From positions 112,840,001 through 112,904,000 of the forward strand of contig OZ024745.1 in assembly GCA_964016885.1 (NCBI GenBank): a stretch of DNA of 64,000 nucleotides, written 5' to 3'. Within the stretch, counting starts at the first letter, position 1; each line of letters starts with the position of its first letter. The stretch comes from Eledone cirrhosa. Its lineage: Eukaryota. Made by a program: the position numbers and the translations under genes. Of the stretch, positions 26,073-39,210 are shown piece after piece. The notes below the pieces were generated by a model. The model searched no databases and was not told where the DNA came from. It saw nothing but the letters and a program-made list of their open reading frames with translations.

Positions 26073-29000
26073 ACACACACACCTTTATTATAGTTGTCCA
26101 GACCATAAGAGAAGAGTTTAAGACTGGCTATCCATGGAAATTCTTGTATGCAGATTACCTACTTCATATAACTGAAGAAATTTCAGACATGGAAGCAAAA
26201 CCTGGAATTAAAATGCTTCAAAATTAACTTGGCTAAAATTAAAGCTTAGTAAGTAGGACAGATAACAGAGCTCTGATTTTATCATGGAAATGGCCAAGAT
26301 CAATATGCAGAAAAGGATCTGATAGAAATTCTATATAGTGTACAGAATATAAACTATGGGTACACAAGAGATGTAGTGAATCTTGGAGAGGCTAACAAAA
26401 AATGTAGGCTATGTATGTGACAGATGCACAGGAGCAGTAAGCAGCAAGTGCTCGCTCAAAATAGACACTATTCAATGCTCTGATGGTTCCTTAGAAGTGG
26501 TTGACAACATCCACTACCTTGGTGATTTAATTAGTGGGTGGATGGGTGTTCTGAAAGTATATAGTAGTTAGTGTGAGAACTGGGTGGAAACAGTTCAGTC
26601 AACTACTACTTCTGCTGGCTAAAAGGAGTTTCTCTATCAGGGTGAAAGGCAGATTGTATGATGCTTGTCTGAGAACTGAAATGCTGCATAGATGTGAGAC
26701 CTCAATATTATATAAGCTCCATTAGGCCATGAAACTATTGGCAGCTGATGATGTAATATAGTCAGTATGAATTACAAGTAAATATTAGCTCTACCACTGA
26801 ATAAAGAGTGTTTTTTTGTTGACCATTACACTAAATAAAAGACAAGAACTTAGCCTTATATTCTTAAAAGATAAATTTGTACCTATTTACCAACCACCAT
26901 AGAACTACTGCTCCTATATCTGGTATGGTGCAATTACTGTTATGCAAACAAACATCCTAAGCTACAACCAAAGGAGTCCACAATTTGGCAAAGATCTCAT
27001 TATCTCAGTCAATGTCATCATCATTTTTATGTTGTATTTTCCATACTGTCATATGTTAGACAGGATATTTTGAGAAGATGTTTTACAGCCAGATGTTCTT
27101 AGTCACTTCTTGCAATATGCAGGGATATGGTAAACCTACTCTAAACTGGAAACAACAGATTAAATTAATTGAAAATATAAAAAAAAACTCAATTCCAAAA
27201 AGATTGGTATCCTAAGCTACAGGATAATTTCATTAGATTAACAATTCTTGGAGGCTTTTTTTTTGTTTGTAAAAATTAAACATGCAGTTATGAGAGAGCA
27301 GTGGAGTAGATAACCAGAATAAACATTATGCAGTGTTTCATTATATCTTCCTACTGTTCTGAATTGCACCCTTCAAGAGATGAAATAAATACCAGTTAAG
27401 TAGAGGAACTGATTAAATTGATTTCTACCTCCTACAAAATTTGTGGCCCTGTGCCAAAATATATAAACTATATTCTTTAAAATGAATAACATTTCCAGAC
27501 ATGAGTTGAATTCAAGTAGAGCAGTGTTTGAGCAATAAAAAGTTATTGAAAATAAAAATACAGTCTTAAAATGTTACATTTAAAACATCTGTCTTGAACT
27601 CAGAAGTTCATCAGGTCTGCTTATCACAATTTTTATAGGGGGCTAAGTGACTGATACCATAAGACTGACCCTCAATTATACTCTGTGTGAACTGGAGCAG
27701 AATGAAATGAAGTGTCTTATTCAAGGACACAATGTGTTGTCCAGTCTAGAGGCCGAACGGAACTTTACAATCATGAGCCTATCATCGTAACTACTAGGCC
27801 ATGTACCTTCACAAAATATAACATACCTGTATGATGATAGAGACATGACAAAAGCACCCAGTCCAACCCATCAGTTGGTTGTGTTGGTGACATGAAAAAA
27901 AGTGCCCAGTTCATCTTGTAAAGTCGTCGTTTTGGTTCCACGATAATAAGCACATAGTCCACCCTGTAAATGTGGTTGGCGTTAGGAAGAGCATCCAGCC
28001 ATAGAAACCAAATCAGAAACGTTTCTGTATGAGCAAGACATGGTCATCTAATCTAACTTGTCTCACAGTGGGGCAACTTGTCTAATCTATGCTAGCATGA
28101 CAAAAATGAGCATTAAATGGTGATGATGATGGTTAGAGTTAAAAGAATGGCTGTCCAATGTGAACCATTTAAGCCTGTTATTAACAGAACAAAACACTGA
28201 TAAATCCCTTGTTGTCCTCCAGGGCAATGTCTTCTCCATCCTGTTGGCAGGGACCATGATGCTGACTGTCCCAAAAGTTGGCAGGGACCAATGCTGACTG
28301 TCCCAAAAGTTGGCAGGGACCACGATGCTGACTGTCCCAAAAGTTGGCAGAGTCAAAAGAGGTTTCTCTTCATTGGAATGAGACACATTGTTTAATATTA
28401 AAAGGTATTCTCCATTTCTTCTTTATTGAATCATTTTAGATTCTCTCATCTTATAATCATTTTTTCCCCTCTATTTGATCGACAAGATCCCAGGTCTCAT
28501 TTGCTTACCAAGTAGGCCGGAACTTGTCAGATTGGATCGAGGTAACGTTTCCGTTGGTCTTTTCAATTGCAGATACTATCTACCGGTTGCAAAGTGCTAC
28601 TTTAAAAAATTAATTTCTTAACTTGAAGAGGAAGTCTTCTTATGTTCCCCCAGACTGTATGGTAAGATTAACTCTATTGTTACTATATATTTCTAATGAA
28701 AAACACCTTCTGATTTCCAAATAATTCAAAGATTTAGTACTCTTAATAAAGTTTATTACATAACATTATGATGGGAGGTTTTTAAATAAATATAAACACT
28801 TTAAAGTAAACAATTTTGTACCAAAGAAACAGGGGTAGTTTCAGGCAGTTTGGTATCAAAAGGGTTAACAATCTGAAATTTGTGCAATTAATGCTGAATT
28901 GTTGTTGCTCAGTTAATTTGACTGAGCAAAACCTATTAATATGTACATCGTGGGTCAAATGATTTGGTGCGATCTATGGATCTAGCACTTTACGGTGTCC

Positions 29001-30819
29001 CAGCATGGCCTCAGCCGGATGGCTGGAACAGGTAAATGAGTAAAAAAGTATATTGGTTCCCCACCACCGTGTTGAGTACAGAAACTTCAAATGGTTAATA
29101 TGGGGTACATGTTATATTTTGCTTGTTGTCATCTTTGACTGAATTCAGATGATTCTGTCATAACAATGATGCATGCTTTCTAAATCCTGTTGGCTGTCTA
29201 CCTACCTTAATTAAAACAGTAGTTTTTATCGCCTAATATCTTGTTGCATCACTTTTATATGGTTGGATACTGATGTTTTATTTTAAAATTCAAACTTATG
29301 TGATGTATCAGAGGGAACTTTAAGATGTATCGAACGTTGATCTTATATTTCCTATGACGTGAAAAGTTAGTATGAACCTGCCAGATACATTTCTTTAAAG
29401 TGAAGGCTTCCATGTGATGAAAATAGGTGGAAAACCAGGAGTCAATAGTAAATTTTAAAATAATATAAAGAAAAAAAATTATAAATACAATATTCCATTA
29501 AAATACATTTCAAATTGATTTCATTTTAACTTTTTAGTCAAATGAGTAATTATAGAAACTGCGAGTAAGCTAACTGGAGATAAATGTACACTATAACCCC
29601 TCCACCGACTCCATAAAAAATGGAATTCATTTTACAACATTCTTTAAAATTATTCGACTCTCTCGAAGAATATAAACCTTGTTTATATTTTTCGGCAACT
29701 TGTTTTGGCTTATAAAGAACTGGATCGAATTGGTATATTGCTAGTATCAGAGCTAAGTGGTACTTATTCTATCGTCCCTTGTATAATGAAGGGCAAAGTC
29801 AATAGTAAGTTAAAAGAAATTTAACCAGTAAGGGAAAAAAAAGGTTGTTGTAGGTAAGATGCAAGCGAATAGCAGTTTTGAAGATTTAATATTAAATATT
29901 CAACACTGCGGACAAAAACTTTGAATCTTTATAATTCTGTTTATTTTCTTTGTATTGAGAAAGGTGAAAAAAAATGTTCAGTCTTGGCATCTGATGCAAT
30001 GCAGCTTATATAAAACGATTCAAAACAAGAGAAGGAAACTCCTCACATACCAAACACTTACTACAGATAAATCTCGAAATAAATAACCACTATAAATAGT
30101 TTTCTAAAAAAAGATGTATATAGAAGCAAAATAATTTCTATTTCTATTTTGTAGAACTAAATTTCAAGGTCGAACAGTCTTCGCCGGTTGTGAAGATTAC
30201 CTTAATTAGTCGGAAAATAACTTACCTCAATCATCTTGACGAATCTCGGAAATACTGGGTTTCGTGACACAGCAATAATAGGCACTTTAGGAAAGATATC
30301 TGGTACAGAAAGAGTTGTAAGGGCCATGCCAAATCCGCCAGAACCCAAGTTAGAAAAGCTGCCCTCTTCACCTTCGGGTACCTCGTTTGGACTTTCTTTG
30401 GAGACATTCTCATTACCATCATCTCCAGACGATGAGAACAAACGTCTACTTTCATAATAATACAAACTTCTAGGATAAGGAACAGAAAATTTGGAGCCTA
30501 GTGTTTTAATTCCATAAAACACAGGGCTCGAAATAGCTTCATTGCAGAGTAACCTGCTATTAATATGTGATCGTCTGATTTGGTTGCTGGGCGCAGGAAC
30601 GAAAGAGATAGAAGCGGAACGATTATGTTGACATTTTTGTCGACCTTTACAACTCGGATCTGAGACATTCTTGAGAATATGACGAAACTGTGTAGTCCGG
30701 TCCCATTCTACAAAGTTCATGTAATTGGCAATTCTATGGACATTAGCGTGCCTTTGTATATTTGGTAAGGAATGAATGTAATGATGTATATTCAGTAGTG
30801 AAGGTAATTGGCGCTGCAT
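851..30819 (-). CDS. LONP1: Lon protease homolog, mitochondrial (LONP1); 14 coding exons in window, 3' part lies left of the window
   Basis: Exons joined by hand with GT-AG introns and matching phases (594+89+120+56+173+62+71+59+84+132+89+139+123+56 = 1847 nt). The translation contains Lon N-domain motifs ([67 protein letters not shown]) and the AAA+ Walker [10 protein letters not shown], followed by [19 protein letters not shown]. Confidence 0.97.
2664..2728 (+). ncRNA. Type I hammerhead motif in a Penelope-like terminal repeat
   Basis: TATTTTAT-CTGATGA-stem II-GAAATATGTATA-ATAAAATA; perfect 8-bp stem I; homolog at 61880-61944. Confidence 0.55.
2800..3840 (-). mobile_element. RTE-clade LINE, 5'-truncated, with 3' UTR and (GAT)n tail
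   Basis: FRYLGD..., GRLYDAC, HGSETW...MLRWM...LRWYGHVMR...GRPRKTW; ends CATGCTAGCGTGGAAAATGGACGTTAAAC(GAT)n. Confidence 0.88.
4764..4886 (-). CDS. LONP1: LONP1 exon 13 (Walker A)
   Basis: tttag|[41 protein letters not shown]|gtaag, 123 bp. Confidence 0.97.
7282..7420 (-). CDS. LONP1: LONP1 exon 12
   Basis: ttcag|[46 protein letters not shown]|gtaag, 139 bp. Confidence 0.96.
8080..8570 (+). mobile_element. Degraded RTE LINE 3' fragment
   Basis: Homologous to 3182-3620 ([24 protein letters not shown] 3' end). Confidence 0.7.
8610..8698 (-). CDS. LONP1: LONP1 exon 11
   Basis: ttcag|[29 protein letters not shown]|gtaag, 89 bp. Confidence 0.95.
9710..10010 (-). repeat. Dispersed retroelement 3' end with (ATT)n tail, two tandem copies; also at 6490-6650 and 12050-12170
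   Basis: Shared (AAT)nGAAATTATTGTGTACAGTGCTCAGGTGCACTACAACTC. Confidence 0.6.
10547..10678 (-). CDS. LONP1: LONP1 exon 10
   Basis: tgtag|[44 protein letters not shown]|gtttgt, 132 bp. Confidence 0.95.
11894..11977 (-). CDS. LONP1: LONP1 exon 9
   Basis: attag|[28 protein letters not shown]|gtaag, 84 bp. Confidence 0.95.
12675..12711 (+). ncRNA. Minimal hammerhead motif with mutated core (CTGATAA)
   Basis: TCTT-CTGATAA-AGGACTAGTGTCT-GAAACGTT-AAGA; inverted homolog of 13004-13040. Confidence 0.45.
13004..13040 (-). ncRNA. Minimal type I hammerhead motif, sense to LONP1 pre-mRNA (intron 8)
   Basis: Reverse complement TCTT-CTGATGA-AGGAC TAGT GTTC-GAAACGTT-AAGA; palindromic ACGT stem III as in dimeric Penelope-associated hammerheads. 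Confidence 0.6.
13250..13530 (-). mobile_element. RTE/RTEX-like LINE 3' fragment; homolog at 62395-62570 (+)
   Basis: [19 protein letters not shown]...[21 protein letters not shown]; near-identical 3' end to 62450-62570. Confidence 0.6.
14498..14556 (-). CDS. LONP1: LONP1 exon 8
   Basis: tccag|[20 protein letters not shown]|gtaag, 59 bp. Confidence 0.93.
14709..14927. mobile_element. TTAA-flanked piggyBac-like MITE; related ends at about 1500-1620, 28700-28867 and 33890-34113
   Basis: TTAACCTTT...AAAGGGTTAA termini and shared subterminal CATAGAACC. Confidence 0.5.
16535..16605 (-). CDS. LONP1: LONP1 exon 7
   Basis: ctcag|[23 protein letters not shown]|gtaag, 71 bp. Confidence 0.93.
16825..17930. 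repeat. 44-bp minisatellite, about 25 units, LONP1 intron 6
   Basis: Unit ATGTGAAGCACAACAGTTATTTTGTAAGATTTGAGCTTATGACC. Confidence 0.97.
18122..18183 (-). CDS. LONP1: LONP1 exon 6
   Basis: tctag|[21 protein letters not shown]|gtatg, 62 bp. Confidence 0.95.
18255..18372. repeat. Long inverted repeat (~48-bp arms, 22-nt loop)
   Basis: TAAAGAAATGTTAGCCTGATGGTGGGGTTTAGAACCCTCTAAGAAATG versus CATTTCTTAGAGGGTTCTAAACCCCACCATTAGGCTAAAATTTCTTTA, two mismatches. Confidence 0.9.
18950..19160 (-). repeat. RTE 3'-UTR-type fragment with ~40-bp internal repeats; related copies at about 15080-15390, 18440-18560, 24200-24490, 27840-28130 (opposite orientation) and 31340-31760
   Basis: Repeated unit ACCACTTTACAGGGTGGACTGGGTGCTTTTTGTCATG, also seen in the 3' UTR of the RTE at 2900-3050. 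Confidence 0.6.
19178..19350 (-). CDS. LONP1: LONP1 exon 5
   Basis: aatag|[12 protein letters not shown]...[21 protein letters not shown]|gtatg, 173 bp. Confidence 0.9.
19952..20007 (-). CDS. LONP1: LONP1 exon 4
   Basis: ttcag|[18 protein letters not shown]|gtaag, 56 bp; its phases bridge exons 3 and 5. Confidence 0.85.
20382..20501 (-). CDS. LONP1: LONP1 exon 3
   Basis: ttcag|[39 protein letters not shown]|gtatg, 120 bp. Confidence 0.95.
21552..21640 (-). CDS. LONP1: LONP1 exon 2
   Basis: ttag|[29 protein letters not shown]|gtgagt, 89 bp. Confidence 0.95.
22360..22570 (+). mobile_element. RTE LINE 3' end
   Basis: [12 protein letters not shown]...; ends with (GAT)n. Confidence 0.65.
25860..26700 (+). 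mobile_element. Degraded RTE LINE RT fragment
   Basis: [27 protein letters not shown]; interrupted by (GT)n. Confidence 0.75.
28243..28350. repeat. Three-copy tandem repeat of 31-34 bp
   Basis: GTTGGCAGGGACC(ATG)ATGCTGACTGTCCCAAAA repeated. Confidence 0.85.
30226..30819 (-). CDS. LONP1: LONP1 exon 1 (presequence plus start of Lon N-domain)
   Basis: [12 protein letters not shown]...[27 protein letters not shown], then GAG|gtaag donor; phase 0. Start codon is inferred; a downstream Met is possible. Confidence 0.92.
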
Positions 30820-30960
30820 TTCTGATGTTTTAATGACGATATTATTGTTGTTGTTGTTGTTCTACGGAAGTAAATATCCAATAAACTTCTGCACATGTAG
30901 CAGGAATGTTGAGACCAACAAACCGCCACCGTTCACCGACTGAAGCCTAATGTGAGGGAA
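30820..30960 (-). promoter_or_regulatory. Putative LONP1 5' UTR/core promoter with an ETS-type motif (ACGGAAGT at 30864-30871)
   Basis: Position just upstream of the inferred ATG; single ETS/GABP-like core. No TSS data. Confidence 0.3.
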
Positions 30961-33900
30961 AGATAACTCAGAAAGTTTTCTACTTTACTTTTGTAAGAAG
31001 AGTAGCAAACAGCAGTTGTCTGACCTTACTTCCTCCCAGTGTACATTCTGTTTAATCAGATATTTTCTTTTTTTTCTTATCTTTTGATGGTGGGATTGAA
31101 AAACAAATATATTTGAAGTTTATTTTACAAAGCTGCTTATATAAAATCAAAACATCCTATTAAAGAGGGAAAAATAAAAACAATCAGGTATTGTTGTTGA
31201 AAGACTCTTCTGAAACTACAGGAGATAAAAACTTAGAACATCTAGAAACAAATGTAGATATTAACACAGACCAAATACTTTATTATCACATTATGAGGCT
31301 AGTTAGGTTAGGTGACAACGTCTTGCTTACACGGATGTTTGGGGTTTGGTTTCTACAGTTGGATGCCCTTCTTAAAACCAACCATATTATAGCATGTACT
31401 GGGAGCTTTTTTCATGGCACCACCACTATTAATTTATATAGTATTCTGAGTTCTCTTCATTGTGGCATCATAATTACTACCTAACAGGGTGTACTGGGTG
31501 CTTTTTTGTTGTGGCATCAACATGTTACCTTACAGGATGGGTTGGGAACTTTTTTGTTGTGGCACCAACACGTCACTTTACAGGGTTGGCTAGGTACCGT
31601 TTTTGTTGTTGTATCAACACACCACCTTACAGAGTGGACTGGGTACTTCTTTGTTGTGGCATCAGCATATCACCTTACAAGGTGAACTGAATGCTTTTTG
31701 TTATGGAACTAGCATGACCACTGTATAGGGTTCTTTTTGTCATGGCACCAGCACTGTAGAAGAGCAGGTGTGGAGAGTATCCAACTTCACATGCATGGGA
31801 AGTTGGACAGGAAAGGTGTATTAGAGGGTGGAGTACCTCCTCATTGTCATTAAACATCTATTCCCCCCATACCTACCTGGCCTAGATGGGCTGCCAGACC
31901 GGAGACCACATCCAGTTTATATAGTCTGTCTTTTTTTTAGCATGGCCTCATTGACCAAATGTATTTCCAAACCCTAACCAAGCATTTTATCATGGTACAA
32001 GGTGGGGCATGTTTGGTTGTCCATGTTGGTAAGGATAGGATGGGGGTAGTGGGGGTATCTATCTTATATGTTGACATGGGTGAGGGAGGGACGAAGATGG
32101 GGCCATATTTCCATATTGGAAGCAGTTTGACAAGCATGTGTATGTGTGTGTGTATGTAGGGGGGGGGGGTCTATTTTTCTCTGCTGGCTGGAGTTGTTGG
32201 ATGTGCAAGATGGGGTGGGGATAGATGAAGTGAGTGGGTGAAGATTAAGATGAGATACTTAGATAATGAGGTGGGGGTGAGTATACAAGATGGGGATGTA
32301 GGGAGTGGGGGACGTCTAAGGTATTTAGATAATGGGTGGCAAGGAGATGGGTGAGTATTAAGATGAGGGAATGTGTATGGGGAAGATTGGTGTAGGTTCT
32401 CTCCTCTCCGTGTTTGCTTCTGCTGTATGTATGTGTTTGTATATATGCACACAAACACACGTATAGTATAGATGTTAATAAATGGACTTGATGATACACA
32501 CAAAATTGACTTAATAGAAAATAAAAAATACTTAAATCAGTACATGTATTTTTCAATTATACTATTTTTAAATGTTGAGCTGGCCTTTGTTCCTGTGGTT
32601 TATGTATTTCTCACTGGTAAGTTGTTTAACTCCTGATGGATTACAGAGCAGATCTATGATAAAAGATGTTCTAGTGGGCCCAAGTTGTCGACTTACTCAT
32701 AGTAGACCCTGAAAACTGATCCCTAATCTCTGATATCGATCAGATGAATGTCAACAACTTGAGACATCAACAGTCTCATATGCAAGAAGAAGAAGAGGTT
32801 CTATTCATGACCATCAGCTTGATTTTTATTATTTAATTTATTTTTAAGACAGTAGAATGCGATTTGAGGGAGATTTGGCTGCTTTTTCCAGAAGTTTAAA
32901 CGACCATATAGAGATGATATGCAGTGGATGATATACAGCAAGAGGAGGAGGAGAAACAATCTTTTTAAATATAGACACTTGACTTTTAAGTGCTCAAACT
33001 CAAGGTCAAGGAATGTTCAGACTTTTTTTCATAGACCCTGAACAATCTGACTTGCTTCAGAATCAAGGTGATATTAATTATGACTAGGGCCTGTTTTATT
33101 ATTAGGTTCAACTAATTGTTTTTAACATAGGTACATTGGCAGAAAGTTTTAGGAGTAGGTAAATTGATCAGAATTAACCCAAGTACTTGACTGGTACTTT
33201 ATTTTATTGATCCCAAAAGGATGATGTAAAGCAAAGTATACTACCGATGGAATAATTTGAACTCAGAATATAAATAGCCAGACCAAATAATGCATGGCAT
33301 TTTGTCTGGTGATGTAATGATCCACCATAATAATAATTTTTAATTTAGGCCCAAAGTCAGACATTTGGGGTGTGGGGGAATTTGATTATATCAACCCTAA
33401 TACTTTATTGACACTTTATTTTGTTAATTTCTTTCCAGGAAGGCTGAAAGGCAAAGTTGACTGTGGTGGAATTTTCATTCAGAATGCAAAGACCTAAAAT
33501 AAATGCTGCAAAGCATTTTCTCTGACACTCTAATGATTCTTCTAAACCACCAAAATAATAGCATAAAAATAAAATAATTATAGTTTTATAAAATATTTAG
33601 TTGAAATATTATGGTACTTCATATTATGTGTTAAAAATAAATACAGTAACTCGCTGTCAGCCCCAGTGTACAAAAAGCAAGTCTGCCTAAATAAAGGTAG
33701 AAAGTAGTGGGTGTTTTCTTCTTGCCTCAGACCACTAAAGAAAAGCTTAAAGAAAATACTACATCTAACCATAAATAGTTATATATAACTTCCATATTTT
33801 TTGTGTACTATTCTGTTATGTTGAAATTGGCAGTAAGGGAAAAAGTATAATTGAATGACATATTGCCACCAATAAACATATAGTTACTCATTTTGATACC

Positions 33901-36225
33901 AACCTGGCCCAAAACTGGTTCTATGAAACAAAACCATCCAAATTAAAGAGTTCATATTTAAACAAAAATTTTCCAACATAGTTTTATATAAAAACCATAT
34001 GTTAAGGTACTATCTTAGTAAGGAAATAATAATTTTAGTAAATCTCACAAAATACTTAATTAATTAATTAAAATAGAGTCTATATAATTAAGAAATATGA
34101 TCATGAAAGGATTAATACTCATATTGTTTCTACTTTAGGCACAAGGCCAGCAATTACCCAGTACATTCTCATGTTGCTGATACATCATTATTGGCATTAT
34201 TCTTTCCAGTTTGACCAACTGAAGATGATGAAATCGTAATTGCAGGACTGTGTAAAATGTATCGCATTGTGAAATTGTGAAGTATCATCATCTCAAGTTT
34301 AATTGTGGAGTAAAAGTTGACAAGGAAATGTCTGCCGGGTGGGTAGTTTGCTGGAGCAGCAAGGTGGCCAGCACATAGGCCTCCATTTGCTCAATGACAA
34401 TGGGAGTTTGGTTCTTTTGTGTTCGGACCTGGTGTATATGTATACACACACTCATCTCTAATAAACACTGATTTACTTGAACATAAATAATTTCAAATTA
34501 AATTACATTTCATTACTTGATAGAATAGAAGATAAAGAAAAGAAATAAAATGGAAGAAGAAATTAAACAATGAAAGGAAATATACAGTAATTTATTAATA
34601 GTCAAAAGTGTAACACGAGGGAAAACTAAAGCAAAGGATATGTGAAAATGTTAAAACGCCATATTCTGTACAAAGGTATACCCGAGTTTTCTTCAGTAAT
34701 TACATATACAAGAAAACAGTCTTTCACTGAACCATTTCTCTCTATGGGTAGTATAACTAAAGCCCTTAAAGTCACAGCTATTGATATAATTTAAAGTCTC
34801 TGCTCGGTCATACAAACCTCCCATATGACATTGTCAAATATATATGTTAAACTCTTAAGCCTCCTCTTCAAAGCCGAAACATATGTTGGTATTGAGTAGG
34901 AGCTGACTCTCTAGATAACTGAGGGGAGATTACTGCATAGAAAGTTGCATCTCTTGCTGTACATAGTGCATTCATCATATTATAGATATTAGTTCATTGT
35001 TTGCTTACATTCTATTGGAGTACTTTGTTCACATATCTGGGACAACACTGTTGCCATACAAATATCCCCCACTCCTGATAAAGCAAAAACAATAATTCAT
35101 AATATTTCTTGTGAAAGCATGGTTTATTTGAAGACTGTGTAAACCAAAAGTTGTGGTAATTCTATGGGTTGCATAAAACACTGCAAGTATTAACACAGCA
35201 AACATTGCAAGAGAAAAGATTAACTGTACTTGTGTTTGTCATATAATTGTTTCTACTTTAGACACAAGGCCAGCAATTACCCAGTACATTACTGGTACTT
35301 TATTTCATCGACCCCGCAAGGATGAAAAGCAAAGTTAACCTCAGCGGGATTTGAACTCAAACCGTAAAGGGACGTAACTATGCTAGAAAGCATGGCGTCC
35401 AACCCTCTACCGATACTGCCAATTCACGTGTTTGTCATATAATGGTTTATGATTTAGGCACAAGGCCACCAATGTTTTGGGGAGGGGAAAGTTGATTAAA
35501 TCGACCTAGTGCATTACTGGTGCTTTATTTATTGACCCCGTAAGGATGAAAGACAAAACTAAACTCTGCGGGATTCAAACTCAGAAAGTAAAGGGCCGTA
35601 ACTCTATGTTACGAAGCATGGTGTCTGATGCTCTACCGATACTGCCAATCCACTGCTCTCCTTAATAATAATTGTTTCTACTTTTGGCACACACAAGGCC
35701 AGCAATTACCCCAGTGTGCATTACTGGTACTGGCACACACAAGGCCAGCAATTACCCCAGTGTGCATTACTGGTACTTTATTTTATCCACCCCATCAATA
35801 ACAATAATAGTTCTTTACTTGCATGAAAGATGACTGCTTCGCACAACCTGTTAGAAATAGCAGCCAAAACCGCCCCAATATCGTACTTAATAGTCTTTAA
35901 AAAAAGGGAAGACACAATCCTGTGTATATATGACTGGAAAGGGGACGGGATGGCTATAGTTGTGGTGCAAAACAATAATAACTGATATTTAAACAACGTT
36001 TGATCAGGCATTCTATCATTTCTGCTACACCGCCCTTGTGTGTATATTGATTTCTAAGTTTGGCACAGTTAATTAAATAAATCATTATCACGATTAGTAT
36101 TCATTTAATCCACCCGGAACAGGAGTTGGTTTCAGAACTTAAAGGGACATAATTCGACATTTCAAGGCATTTTGCTCTCTACATTACAATGATCACCATT
36201 CCCAAGTGATTTCGCTTATTGAGAT

Positions 36226-36500
36226 TGGAGGTGCGTGGCGTAGTGGTAAAAGTGTTGGACTTACGATCACGATATCGTGGATTCGATTCCTTGACTGGGA
36301 TGTGTGCTGTGTTCTTGAGCAAAACACTTCATTTCACGTTGCTCCAGTATACTCAGCTGAAAATGAGCGCTGGGGATTTAACCCTGTGATGGACTAGCAT
36401 CCCGTCCAGGAGGGATTCTTGTATTCTCAGTAGGTTAATGCCACGGAAAACCGAGATAAACACAGGCCTGGAAGACCCCGTGCTTGAGACAGATTTTAGA
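36226..36500 (+). mobile_element. tRNA-derived CORE-like SINE family 2; others at about 250-490(-), 8851-9100(+), 27680-27810(-), 42376-42700(+)
   Basis: A-box TGGCGTAGTGG, B-box GATTCGATTCC, CORE-like GTGTTCTTGAGCAAAACACTT. Confidence 0.8.
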
Positions 36501-36923
36501 CATTTTTTTAGTGCTTATTGAAATATATTTTAACATAGTCACATTTTAATCAAACACTCCGCTTTGTAATATTACATTCAGTACTCCTGTATCACATCAA
36601 CAATTTCAGTTGATTGTATTAATTTAGTTTATCTGTTTTTATTTCAGCGGGAAGTGTATTGTTGAGGGGTTCCACATCTTTTTAACTACAGGAAAAAATA
36701 ATTAAATTCATTAGCTTTTATTAAATTGTATAATTGAATTTTGTCTATATTATTGCAATTGTCTATGATGCTAGCCCCCCCCCCCCCAATATTATAGAGA
36801 GTAAGGTCGAAATTAAGGAAATGATATCGAATGTTATAGTTGCTATTTTGTAGTTTATGTAATGTTAATTTGATTGTTAATTTAAAGATTAGACTAGAAT
36901 TGGTAAATATCTATACCCCCCAC

Positions 36924-36989
<66 letters not shown>

Positions 36990-37800
36990 TAGTCGTGTGT
37001 TCAATCGGGGGTAACCACTATTAGAAGGTACTCAATACATTAATAGAGTGTAAACACCATGTTTAATATAGGAATGGCTTCTAAAAAGAAACCATCGTCT
37101 TATATACATAACACTTATATATATATCACTAAACACAATAATAGGAAAAGAAAAATTATTTGGTTTACACCTCCCTTCTCTCTAACTGTTAAAACTAACG
37201 TAGGAAGAAAACATCTAGACAAACATTTTCCCCCAAATCATAGATATAATAAGATATTTAATAGAAATTTAGTTAAAATCAGCTACTATTGTTGCCCATA
37301 AATGAAAACTAAAATTACCAACTCAAATGGTACTAGAAGAAATCCAGGATGCAGCTGCAGGAAACCGGAAGAATGTCCATTACAGGGCAAATATAATACC
37401 AAATCCATTGTGTATGAGGCCAAGTTGACACCGATTATTAATAACCAGCTAGCCAGAAGTGAGCGATATGTTGGCATGACTTAGGACAGATTTAAAACCA
37501 GGTATTATGCACACGTCGCTTCTTTCAAACACCCTGAAAAAAGAACAGCAACAGCGCTGACAAATAAAGTGTGCGAGTTTAAAAACAGAAACATTCCATA
37601 CTCTATTGATTGGTCTATTTTAGACCACTCAAGAGAATACCAAAGGGGCACAAAGAAATGTTCTTTGTGTACTACGGAAATATTTAGAATTCTCCAAAAC
37701 CTGAAAACCCCTCCCACTTGCCTCAACTCTAAGACCGAGATCTTCAGATGTTGTCCACACCTGAAATCGCATCTACTTTTTAGCTGGATTAACACACCAA
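36990..37800 (+). mobile_element. Penelope-like element fragment, C-terminal GIY-YIG endonuclease region (in-frame stops)
   Basis: One reading frame 37059-37800 with two stops: IIWFTPPFS...DKHFP...KIFNRN..KISY, CSCR...CPL.G...SIVYEA...YVGMT..FKTRY..H..SF, CSLC..E, LN.K.E...CPH. Confidence 0.8.
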
Positions 37801-38239
37801 CAATTACTCAACCACCCCGAGCTTCCTCTTTACATATTACGCCTTCCACTCACTACCAATATCATCACCTTATGAACATTATTTCTTACCCAGTTTATCA
37901 TATAAACACATACTTTCTACCAATATATATATTTTTTCTCCCTCATGTTTATCTATTTTTTCATTTGATTTATACAACCCCCACCCCTTTTTTTTCTACC
38001 ATACCTTTATCACATACACACCCACCACCTTCATCCTGTACTCTACCTTTACCCAGATCACTTTTCAACTATATACCCTTATCCAGGTCCCTTCACAAAC
38101 ACTTACTTTCTACCACAATTTATACACCCCTTTTCTCCCTCACCTTAATTCATTATATTATTTGATTTCAGTTATACTCCCCCATGTCCTTACATACCCA
38201 CAGTGTTCACATATGGTTGTGTGGGCGCATATGCAGGCA

Positions 38240-39210
<971 letters not shown>

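Noticed and set aside
31188-31310. Exon of a divergently transcribed gene upstream of LONP1
   Set aside because: AG/GT sites exist, but the peptide is unrecognisable and the ORF runs into an RTE UTR repeat; unsupported without RNA data.
37059-37800. Selenocysteine read-through as in Naiad PLEs
   Set aside because: The in-frame stops are TAA and TAG, not TGA, so this is simple decay.
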